From the IMG/VR virus record IMGVR_UViG_3300027668_000014: a DNA stretch of 20,000 bases. The stretch is one strand, 5' to 3'. The notes beneath the pieces were generated by a model. That model saw only the letters and a list, made by a program, of their open reading frames with translations, did no database searches and had not been told where the DNA came from. Positions within the stretch are counted from its first letter, which is position 1, and each line of letters starts with the position of its first letter. This stretch comes from an uncultured virus (IMG/VR IMGVR_UViG_3300027668_000014) (lineage: Duplodnaviria > Heunggongvirae > Uroviricota > Caudoviricetes > Crassvirales). A program made the translations under genes and the position numbers. Below, in pieces: positions 10,154-17,860 of this stretch.

Positions 10154-10425
10154 TAATCGTTTTTTTGCCTACCAATACTAAACACGCCTTCGTCTCTCAT
10201 TTTGTCTTCAAGATTACCCATATCGTGATCAGATGAGTCATCCAAAGTTGATTTACTTTTAATAGCTTTAGTTGTTGGATTAGGTGTTATAGTTAAATAA
10301 TCTGTAGATTTAACCTCTGGCTCATATCCAGGTTTTCCTGGAGTACCCGGTGCATCTGGATCTACTTTTCCACCTTTCTTTTGCTTTATACCTGGCAGCG
10401 TGTGCCCATTCATTTTGTATGCCAT
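10153..10425 (-). CDS. Small low-complexity protein with MAYKMNG N-terminal motif (90 aa)
   Basis: ORF coupled to the holin; shares its leader with 14893-15783. Confidence 0.65.
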   Translation of the reverse strand: MAYKMNGHTLPGIKQKKGGKVDPDAPGTPGKPGYEPEVKSTDYLTITPNPTTKAIKSKSTLDDSSDHDMGNLEDKMRDEGVFSIGRQKND

Positions 10426-10445
10426 AATTTTTGTTTATTAATTTG

Positions 10446-10838
10446 TTATTCCCAAGGCATTTTTTCCCAAGGAAAATCCTTACTGCCTTCTGGTAACCAT
10501 TGTTTATCAAAGTATATCTTGCCTTCTTTTCTAGGGAAAATTTCTCCCTGCCATCTAATAGCCTCATCGCTGTAAGCTAACTTACCAACCTTCATGTCAG
10601 TCATATGTATCATCTCATGCATTAGTACATGTTTTTCCATATCACTACCTGGTTTTAACTTCTCATGTATAAATATAGAACCATCGTTATTGGCTTCTCC
10701 TAAAACGCCTCCCTCTAAGGATTTGCGTAAAACTGGGGTTCCTGGAATAGAAGTATCGGTATCCTTAAAAGAAAGCTTTGATTCCACTTGCCCTTGGTTA
10801 AGCGTGTTTTGTCTTTGTGAACCTAGTTTAAATCCCAT
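10446..10838 (-). CDS. Putative zincin metallopeptidase (130 aa)
   Basis: HEMIH (HExxH) preceded by LGEA..GSIFI strands; C-terminal FPWE may supply the third ligand. Confidence 0.65.
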   Translation of the reverse strand: MGFKLGSQRQNTLNQGQVESKLSFKDTDTSIPGTPVLRKSLEGGVLGEANNDGSIFIHEKLKPGSDMEKHVLMHEMIHMTDMKVGKLAYSDEAIRWQGEIFPRKEGKIYFDKQWLPEGSKDFPWEKMPWE

Positions 10839-11278
10839 TATCTATCTTTGTCTTTTATCATATCATCTATAGATTTATTAAAAACTTTGTCAGTATATGT
10901 TGTATTGTTATAGAAAACACTTCTCTCGGAAGTGGGTAAATCCTCTTCACCCAGTAGAACTCTATATATCCTACTTATTACTTGTGAGCATTTAAACGAT
11001 GTCTTGAATACTGAATACTTTATAGTAGTTCTGTTCCTGTGTCTCCACGTTTCAATCCATCCTTCTCGCTTTAATCTCTCCCAACGGTTTTTATCCCAAC
11101 TCATGGTGTAAACTCCGTTAATAAAATCATTTCGTGTAAATCTTCCTTTACAATCTAAATAAATTAATAGTTCTAAGTCTGCGTCATTTAACCCGTAAGT
11201 CTTACAAGCCCACTTTCTAGTGAGCCTGTAATACTTCAGGATATTCATTTCACGCAAATCTTGCGCTGTTAGTCTCAA
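10838..11278 (-). CDS. Putative winged-helix DNA-binding protein (146 aa)
   Basis: MarR-like pattern GLNDADLELLIYL...WERLKREGWIETW; basic composition. Confidence 0.5.
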   Translation of the reverse strand: MRLTAQDLREMNILKYYRLTRKWACKTYGLNDADLELLIYLDCKGRFTRNDFINGVYTMSWDKNRWERLKREGWIETWRHRNRTTIKYSVFKTSFKCSQVISRIYRVLLGEEDLPTSERSVFYNNTTYTDKVFNKSIDDMIKDKDR

Positions 11279-11281
11279 TTA

Positions 11282-11941
11282 TTAGTAACCAGATTCCGGC
11301 GTGTATTTCAAACCATCAATACCTAAACCTCCTAGTTCTTTAGATACAACCGTATTACCTCCAGAACCATCTATTACGGTAACTATACCACCGTGGTTTC
11401 TACCATTCACAATAGCGTTTATACCGTTGACAATGTTCTCGTATTTACCATCGGTGTGTTCGATAATTACTACATCGTCAGTACCATTGTTTTTAAGAGA
11501 TTTAAACCTTAAAGTAGTTTGCCCTGTAGCTGTAGCTTCTATTCCTGTTAACGAACTAACAGGATACATAAAGCTAGTCTCAAGACCTTGCTGAAGAGTT
11601 ACTAAAATAGTATCTTCGTCTTCAAGAGTGTAACCACTATCACTGTCTTCAGAACTAGTATTCAAAGTGATAACACCGTTAGCTACACTTTTAACAGCTC
11701 CGTTAGCTATAGATAAGGTTAATGGTAAGCCAGCTCCTGGGTGAGTATAAGCTGAACCAATAGCAGAGTTACCCGCGTCTGCTGGTGTTACTATTAAACT
11801 AGCTATCTCAGTAACGCTATCTATGTCGTCAGTACCGCAAAGAGTAGCCACCGTTATCGTGTTAAGAGCATTTGTAGCACTCCCTTGTGTTGACAAGAAA
11901 GTAGCTGGTCTAAATTTTCTAAAATATAAATAAGTTTCCAT
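11282..11941 (-). CDS. Hypothetical protein, paralog 3 of tandem family (219 aa, with insertion)
   Basis: METYLYF N-terminus; the C-terminal half aligns by eye with the two adjacent ORFs. Confidence 0.7.
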   Translation of the reverse strand: METYLYFRKFRPATFLSTQGSATNALNTITVATLCGTDDIDSVTEIASLIVTPADAGNSAIGSAYTHPGAGLPLTLSIANGAVKSVANGVITLNTSSEDSDSGYTLEDEDTILVTLQQGLETSFMYPVSSLTGIEATATGQTTLRFKSLKNNGTDDVVIIEHTDGKYENIVNGINAIVNGRNHGGIVTVIDGSGGNTVVSKELGGLGIDGLKYTPESGY

Positions 11942-11943
11942 AA

Positions 11944-12300
11944 TTATGATGTTGTTATTGTCATTGCAGATATTTCAGATATACCGGTAGCACTTATAGG
12001 TCCTTCGTTAGAAGGTAAGCCATCGTTTAAATCTTTTATAACTGTAAAATTGTTAGTATTATTTCTATTTCCATTTGCTAGAGAAGCGAACTTATCACAA
12101 ACCGTACTATGAAGACCGCTTGTGATAGTGCAGGATACATCGTCGTTTGCCGCTGCATTAGCTCTATCATTGAAAAAGAACTCTAATGTTGTTACCGCCG
12201 TAGATACTGCTCCTAAAAATTTAGATCTTGGAAACATGATTGCATCTTTGTCTTGATCGTTATTCGCGTTTTCTGCGAAGAATAAATAATTTTCTGCCAT
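11944..12300 (-). CDS. Hypothetical protein, paralog 2 (118 aa)
   Basis: MAENYLFF...MFPRSKFLGAV...DDVSCTITSG. Confidence 0.7.
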   Translation of the reverse strand: MAENYLFFAENANNDQDKDAIMFPRSKFLGAVSTAVTTLEFFFNDRANAAANDDVSCTITSGLHSTVCDKFASLANGNRNNTNNFTVIKDLNDGLPSNEGPISATGISEISAMTITTS

Positions 12301-12312
12301 TTTCTTTAATTT

Positions 12313-12636
12313 TTATAGAGTAACAGCTTGAACGCCTGTTATGTCTGGGTGAATAAATTTACCTGTTAACGCATCCGCGATTTCTACTACAAGCCCGTGT
12401 CTTGGGTGTCCTCCAAGAGAATTTGCAATTGCTTGAAAAACTCTTTTTTGCTCAATACCTGCAGCTCCATCAGTGATATTTATATCAACTAACGTAGTGC
12501 CTGTAGCCGCTCCGTTTGTTTTAGTGAAGTTAAGTTCCATCCTAGCTGCTGCGGAAATAACTGCTCCTAAAAACTTGTCGGGATTTATTGTTAGACCAGC
12601 ATTAGCTGCCTTAACAAATTTTGCCATTGTTGCCAT
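12313..12636 (-). CDS. Hypothetical protein, paralog 1 (107 aa)
   Basis: PDKFLGAV...VDINITDG...VVEIAD. Confidence 0.7.
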   Translation of the reverse strand: MATMAKFVKAANAGLTINPDKFLGAVISAAARMELNFTKTNGAATGTTLVDINITDGAAGIEQKRVFQAIANSLGGHPRHGLVVEIADALTGKFIHPDITGVQAVTL

Positions 12637-12708
12637 TTTGTTTTGTTTTTGTTATTAATTAATTTTGTTTGTTGTTTTAAGTTTAAGGCTTAGGGTTTAA
12701 GGTTTGGG

Positions 12709-12966
12709 TTAATCTACCAAAACTACGTCTCCATCGCGGATAACTCTATATAGAGTATTTTTCCATGAGATGTCGTGTCCAGCATGTTTATCGTAATATA
12801 TAATATTACCATCTTTTAGTCCTTCAACTAGATGTCCAGTTGATATTATTTTTGCTTTTATATAACGGTTGTCTACGTCTGTATCATCCGTCATTATAAG
12901 ACCAGCAACCTTTTTAGGCTCTAGCTTTATTCTGTCTACTATTATATATCTATTAATTGCCTTCAT
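12709..12966 (-). CDS. groES: Co-chaperonin GroES (85 aa)
   Basis: MKAINRYIIV..KKVAGLIM..KAKIISTG..LKDGNIIYYDKHAG..RVIRDGDVV; adjacent to groEL. Confidence 0.85.
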   Translation of the reverse strand: MKAINRYIIVDRIKLEPKKVAGLIMTDDTDVDNRYIKAKIISTGHLVEGLKDGNIIYYDKHAGHDISWKNTLYRVIRDGDVVLVD

Positions 12967-14524
12967 TATGCCTCATATTTGAAATTACACAATCTGCAGA
13001 TATAATAGTAAGAACTACACTCACAGCGTTTTTTAGCGCCGATTTTGTAACCAAAACCGGATCTATTATTCCAGCTGACACCATAGTAGCTCTCTCGCCA
13101 GTCACTACATCAATACCATAACCCTCGTGATCTTCGTAGCCTTCTATCAACGTTATACCAGCATTGTCTAGTATAGTGTAGAAAGGAGCTTGAAGAGCTC
13201 TTAGCAGTATCTCTTCACCCACCGCTTTAGCGGAGATTTTCTGAGATGCGTTTAGTAGTGCAACACCACCACCTGGAACGATACCTTCTTGCAAAGCTGC
13301 TTTAGTAGCATAAATAGCATCTTCTATTCGATCTTTCTTTTCTTTAAGCTCTATCTTTGAATCAGCACCTACTTTAACCATACCGACAGATCCTGATAGC
13401 ATAGCCAACCTTTGTTGGTGTTTCTTCTGTATAAACGGGTTCTTATCCCATTCTCCGATAGTTTTCTTAATACTAGCTATTCTCTCTCCCATCTCATCTT
13501 CTGGGGTCTCTATAGTTAGCACTGTGTTTTTATCGTCAGTTATCGCGGTATAAGCTTCTCCTAAGCAATCTATATCTATAAGATCTAAATCATCACCTAA
13601 CTGTTCGTTAATCACCTTAGCACCAACTAAGAACGCTAAATCAGCAACTGTGTCATCTTTAGTAGGACCAAAGCCTGGTAAGTCTACTATATTAACTTTA
13701 ATGTTTCCTTTGACCTTGTTCATAAGTAAAGCAGCTTTAACTTGCTGCTCAACGGGTGCGACTATTAAAAGAGGTCGTTTAATCTTTATAACATATTCAA
13801 GTACTGTTTGTATCTTTCTTACGTTAGGTATTTCTGAAGTCACTATCAATACTAATGGGTTATCAAGCTCTGCGACTTGTTTATCCTTATCGGTAATAAA
13901 ATGTGGTGATGTAAGTCCTGAATCTATCTGAACACCGTCGACGATCTCGACATATGTTTCTTCAGTTGGGGACTCTTCCATTAATACCACACCATCTTTA
14001 CCTACTTTAGTATAAGCTTCCGCTATAATCTTTCCAAGCTCTTCGTCATTGTTACAACTAATAGAACTTACAGATTTCAGCATATCGCCTTCGATCTTGA
14101 CAGAAACTTTATCTAGGTAATCATTTACCTTTTTAAGTCCGGATTTAACCCCATCCTTAATCTCACGTATCGATGCTGTAACATCTTTGTGAGTAATTTC
14201 TTTTAATAGTGATTCAGCAAGGACGGTAGCTGTTGTAGTACCGTCACCCGCTTCTCTCACCGTATTTCTAGCAGCTTCCTTAATTAAGGTTGCCCCCATG
14301 TTTTCAACCGGGTCAAATAAGACAACAGATTCTGCTACTGTTACTCCGTCTTTTGTTATGACCGGTAAACCTCTTGCATCTTCGTATATAACGCATTTGC
14401 CAGAGGCACCTAGGGTTGATTTCACTGCTTTAGCTAACTTTTCCACGCCAGCAATTATTTTGTTATTAGCAAAATCGCCAAAACTTACGTCTTTGACAAT
14501 CTCGCTTGGATTTGTATATTCCAT
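12953..14524 (-). CDS. groEL: Chaperonin GroEL (523 aa)
   Basis: ITKDGVTVA, AGDGTTTATVLA, EKKDRIEDA, GIVPGGGVALL and GIIDP motifs; no GGM tail. Confidence 0.97.
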   Translation of the reverse strand: MEYTNPSEIVKDVSFGDFANNKIIAGVEKLAKAVKSTLGASGKCVIYEDARGLPVITKDGVTVAESVVLFDPVENMGATLIKEAARNTVREAGDGTTTATVLAESLLKEITHKDVTASIREIKDGVKSGLKKVNDYLDKVSVKIEGDMLKSVSSISCNNDEELGKIIAEAYTKVGKDGVVLMEESPTEETYVEIVDGVQIDSGLTSPHFITDKDKQVAELDNPLVLIVTSEIPNVRKIQTVLEYVIKIKRPLLIVAPVEQQVKAALLMNKVKGNIKVNIVDLPGFGPTKDDTVADLAFLVGAKVINEQLGDDLDLIDIDCLGEAYTAITDDKNTVLTIETPEDEMGERIASIKKTIGEWDKNPFIQKKHQQRLAMLSGSVGMVKVGADSKIELKEKKDRIEDAIYATKAALQEGIVPGGGVALLNASQKISAKAVGEEILLRALQAPFYTILDNAGITLIEGYEDHEGYGIDVVTGERATMVSAGIIDPVLVTKSALKNAVSVVLTIISADCVISNMRHNEGN

Positions 14525-14553
14525 GTATTTAATTAAATTTGATTAGATTGTCC

Positions 14554-14844
14554 TTATTCGAATGTCTTAACGACTTTTGGGCCTTTCGTAGCCTCTAATT
14601 TACTTGAGAAATGAGTTACACTGCCATTGATTGCAGATTCAGCTCCTTCTATAGTCTCTCTACGTGTAACATCCTGCCATTCCCCTGTTGCATCTGGATT
14701 TAAGCATTCTGTTTGGTAGAAACCATTGGGTAGTTGGGTTATGCGCCAATGTTTCTTAGCAGCAAGGTGTTTCCAGTGGTTAATAGTTTTTTCATTCGGT
14801 TTAATTGTGCCAGTTGAACTGGTCTTATAGTACAAATAAGTCAT
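14554..14844 (-). CDS. Hypothetical phage protein (96 aa)
   Basis: Protein-like composition (WRITQLPNGFYQTEC...DVTRRETIEGAE); upstream of groEL. Confidence 0.75.
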   Translation of the reverse strand: MTYLYYKTSSTGTIKPNEKTINHWKHLAAKKHWRITQLPNGFYQTECLNPDATGEWQDVTRRETIEGAESAINGSVTHFSSKLEATKGPKVVKTFE

Positions 14845-14892
14845 TGTTATTGGTTTTAGGTTATTGACTTGGTCTAGGGTGTATCCCTATAT

Positions 14893-15783
14893 TTAATATT
14901 TATCTTTCATGTCAGCAGGAGAATCTTCTTTTTTCTTCTTACCTTTTCCGGTTAAAAAGCCTTTTAAAGTTCTTCTTGATTTAGTAGTTTTATTTCCTTC
15001 AGCATCAGTTTTGGTAACAGTACGTCTTCCACCTTCTCTAGATACTTTTTTAGTTTTCTCAACTTTACCCTCAGCGTTAGTTTCAACTTTCATTTTAGTC
15101 TTGGTCTTGTTAACTTTATCTTTCTTAACAACCTTTACTTTCTGACCACCATCATTTTTATTCTTTGTAACTTTTTTAGTTATCTTGTCATCCTTACCAT
15201 CTTTGTCAAAATCAGTCTTTATAACTTTTTTAGTTTTCTTAACTTCATCATTGCTGTTAGTCTTTACTTTAGTTTTTCTAGTAGTAACTCCTTTAGCATC
15301 TTCATAACGAGATTTAGTAACGTCTGTTTTACCGCCTGTAATTACGTTCTTCTTTGTTTTATTAGACTCTACTTTAGTAGATAAACCTGGCTTACTAGAA
15401 CTTGTAGTAGACGTTTTGCCCTTAGTAGTAGTTGAGCTCTTAGCTCCATGTACTTTTTTAGAACCTAAAGCACTGTTTATTTGGTTTTGAGTAGCGTTGT
15501 ACTCATCAGAACCTTTTTTCATGCTTTTTCTAGATTTAACTAGTGCGTCTAGGTTTCTTCCTGAGGATTTAGCTTTGTCTTGGCCTTTTTTCCAATCCTT
15601 ATTTGCCATTTTCTTATCCTTAACCTCTGCCTTTGGAATTGGTGGTGGAGCATCGTCTTTATTTGTTGAATACTTAAAAGCAGAAGCAATTTCGTCGCCT
15701 CTCATTTTTAAAGCCGAACCATGCCCAGCAGTTCCGCTAATTGTGCCCATTTTGGCTGGACTACCGTTCATTTTAAATGCCAT
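14893..15783 (-). CDS. Extremely Lys/Thr-rich basic protein with MAFKMNGSPAK leader (296 aa)
   Basis: Long open frame with repeated KTK/KKV segments. Confidence 0.75.
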   Translation of the reverse strand: MAFKMNGSPAKMGTISGTAGHGSALKMRGDEIASAFKYSTNKDDAPPPIPKAEVKDKKMANKDWKKGQDKAKSSGRNLDALVKSRKSMKKGSDEYNATQNQINSALGSKKVHGAKSSTTTKGKTSTTSSSKPGLSTKVESNKTKKNVITGGKTDVTKSRYEDAKGVTTRKTKVKTNSNDEVKKTKKVIKTDFDKDGKDDKITKKVTKNKNDGGQKVKVVKKDKVNKTKTKMKVETNAEGKVEKTKKVSREGGRRTVTKTDAEGNKTTKSRRTLKGFLTGKGKKKKEDSPADMKDKY

Positions 15784-15802
15784 CGTTTTGTTTTTTTTGT
15801 AA

Positions 15803-16435
15803 TTAATTGTTTATTGTAGCGGTGTTGTCGCCACCTTGTTTTGATTCTTCGTCCTGTACCCACTTTTCTCCAACTTTAACTTTTTCTGTGGTTTTTGTTT
15901 TGTTACGAGAAGATTTTTGCTCTTCAGTAGCGTCATCTGCCCACCACTTATCAGCGGCTGTAACCCATTTATCATAATCTCCTTCATACTTGCCTTGAAG
16001 ATCGTTGTCGTTTTTATCCCAAACTTTCTTATAGCTTTCTAAACCACCCGTCTCAGTTGTTTTGTCACCAAATACATCCTCGTAATGCCCAGATCCTTGT
16101 GTACCCTCGCTATTTTGATTTATTTCATTATTAATTGTAGTGTTACCACCCGGAGTAACTGCTTTACCGCCGTCTTTCTTAGTTACAGGGTCTTTTGGCT
16201 TTGGGGAACCAGTAGTCATAGTACCACCAGAAGCCGGTGGATTCCATTTATCTACTTTAAACCTAGTTTGAGCATTGTAACCACCTACATTTCTACCTCC
16301 ACCACCTCTTTTACCAGTGGACTTAGCAAAACCACCTCTTCTTTTTCCTGTAGCTGTAGCTTTTTTAGCACTCTTACCACCTCTAGATGATTGTCTTGCT
16401 TTTAATGGTGAAACACCTCCTATAATATCTATCAT
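15803..16435 (-). CDS. Low-complexity Gly/Lys/Arg-rich protein (210 aa)
   Basis: SPLK near the N-terminus, RGG repeats; ATGA overlap with the upstream gene. Confidence 0.7.
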   Translation of the reverse strand: MIDIIGGVSPLKARQSSRGGKSAKKATATGKRRGGFAKSTGKRGGGGRNVGGYNAQTRFKVDKWNPPASGGTMTTGSPKPKDPVTKKDGGKAVTPGGNTTINNEINQNSEGTQGSGHYEDVFGDKTTETGGLESYKKVWDKNDNDLQGKYEGDYDKWVTAADKWWADDATEEQKSSRNKTKTTEKVKVGEKWVQDEESKQGGDNTATINN

Positions 16436-16836
16436 ACCTGTTCGTTTTTGTTTTTATCGCTGCCTTCTTCTCCATCGATAATTTTTTCCCCAGGAGTCTT
16501 AGTACTTTTTTCAGCTTTCTTATCGTTTTTAGCAAACGTAATTTTTCCACCGCCACCAGGCATTATTCTACCACTTCCGTACACAGCATCTAAACCACCT
16601 GTTAAAGCAGCAACTAATGTACCACCTACTTTTTTAAGTATTTGTTTACCTTTACCTTCTCCTTCATTTGTAGTTGTGGTTTTTACGTTTACCTCTCCTT
16701 TTTCCTTATCCTCGTTGTGTATAGGTGACTTAGAAGCTCCCATCATTTTAAACCCAGATACGCTATTACCTGATTTCAATGTAAATGATTTTCCTTTTGC
16801 GTAATTTCCTATGCCTTTTTTTAATGGTGTTTTCAT
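16432..16836 (-). CDS. Basic low-complexity protein (134 aa)
   Basis: TPLK, GFKMMG and SPIH motifs; one Gly-rich hydrophobic stretch. Confidence 0.7.
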   Translation of the reverse strand: MKTPLKKGIGNYAKGKSFTLKSGNSVSGFKMMGASKSPIHNEDKEKGEVNVKTTTTNEGEGKGKQILKKVGGTLVAALTGGLDAVYGSGRIMPGGGGKITFAKNDKKAEKSTKTPGEKIIDGEEGSDKNKNEQV

Positions 16837-16848
16837 GTTATATTTTTA

Positions 16849-17184
16849 TTATCCTAGCTTATCACTATCAGTTTGCTTGGATACTTCTTTATTAGTAGCA
16901 ACTTCAACTTTTTCATCAACCTTTTGATTTACCTTCTCACTAACCTTTTGTTTTAGGTCCTTACCTTCATCTTCTTTAAAACCAGCAAGAGCTCCTCCCC
17001 CCACCGCACCAGCAAGTGCACCCATTGGTCCACCCATCATCAAACCTGTTAGCCCACCTTTCAAAGCGCCTTGTCCAGCAGCTTTTAAATTAAAGCTTGC
17101 CGGTGAGTTACCATCTTTAAAAGGGAATGCAGTAGAATCCGCTTTCCCTCTATTTGTATATTTCATCTTATAAGGTGCTCCCAT
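16849..17184 (-). CDS. Glycine-zipper protein (111 aa)
   Basis: PYKMK leader; AAGQGALKGGLTGLMMGGPMGALAGAVGGGALAG forms a GxxxG zipper. Confidence 0.7.
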   Translation of the reverse strand: MGAPYKMKYTNRGKADSTAFPFKDGNSPASFNLKAAGQGALKGGLTGLMMGGPMGALAGAVGGGALAGFKEDEGKDLKQKVSEKVNQKVDEKVEVATNKEVSKQTDSDKLG

Positions 17185-17190
17185 ATCTAT

Positions 17191-17442
17191 TTATGTTCTT
17201 TCGTTTCGTTTCCACACGTCTCTATTACTTGCGGTGCTAATCTTAGCTGTGCTACCATCAGACTTATGATGTATGTCATAGTTAGGTGATTGGCCAATTT
17301 TTTGGTTCTGTGCCTTCTTAAGCTTGCGTGCAGGTGTTTTTGCCGCAGCTAGATCACTAGCTCTCTTAGTGGCTAATGCCTCTGGGTTTAACCCTTGCGA
17401 GTTCCCTTTACGTACTAGTCCTTTAAGTGGTGATGTTCTCAT
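17191..17442 (-). CDS. Small HNH-like protein (83 aa)
   Basis: YDIHHKSDG...STASNR resembles a compact beta-beta-alpha-metal HNH core; first gene of the minus-strand module. Confidence 0.5.
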   Translation of the reverse strand: MRTSPLKGLVRKGNSQGLNPEALATKRASDLAAAKTPARKLKKAQNQKIGQSPNYDIHHKSDGSTAKISTASNRDVWKRNERT

Positions 17443-17484
17443 ACTAGGTATGATTACATGCTAATATTGGTATTTACAGAAAAG

Positions 17485-17528
17485 GTGACACTAGCCTGCT
17501 ACTCTAATACTTAACTACCTTATGTCAC
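17485..17528. repeat. Inverted repeat GTGACA-N32-TGTCAC
   Basis: Seen directly; it has the same TGTCA core as the 17754-17813 array. Confidence 0.55.
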
Positions 17529-17558
17529 ACTACCCGAAAAAAAAATATTATAAATTGT

Positions 17559-17599
17559 GGGGTATAGTGCTACCCCCTCCCCTCCCCCCTCCCCATCCC
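17559..17599 (-). other. GGGGTA/TACCCC hairpin plus five C-tracts (G-quadruplex motif on minus strand)
   Basis: The minus strand reads GGG-AT-GGGG-A-GGGGGG-A-GGGG-A-GGGGG in an otherwise AT-rich genome. Confidence 0.7.
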
Positions 17600-17753
17600 T
17601 AGGAAAGTTCGATCCTATCGACGGCCCCACCTTCGCTCCACCCGTTTCGTTGATCAAACCCACTCAAGACGTATCTATATTATCCTATCCATATCGTATC
17701 TACTCTGTATTTCATTTACCTATATCTATTCACGTATTCGTTTACCACAGCCA

Positions 17754-17813
17754 TGTCAATGTGTCATGTCATATCGTCATGTCATCTTGTCATACACATA
17801 TGTCATCTTGTCA
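17754..17813 (+). repeat. Iteron-like array: four 13-bp units TGTCAnnnYGTCA
   Basis: Units start at 17754, 17767, 17780 and 17801, giving eight YGTCA pentamers. Confidence 0.8.
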
Positions 17814-17820
17814 TATCTAT

Positions 17821-17860
17821 TTTACATATCTAATACGACACATAATGGATAATATATATG
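17821..17860 (+). promoter_or_regulatory. Repeated early promoter-like motif, copy 1
   Basis: TTTACATATCTAATACGACACATAATGGATAATATATATG. Confidence 0.7.

Noticed and set aside
12690..12695. TTAGGG telomere-like hexamer
   Set aside because: Single exact copy in a phage context; coincidental.
1943..16804. Numerous plus-strand ORFs antisense to late genes, and nested minus-strand ORFs (5719, 6349, 10322)
   Set aside because: Shadow frames of well-supported genes, with Ser/Phe/Leu-rich composition.
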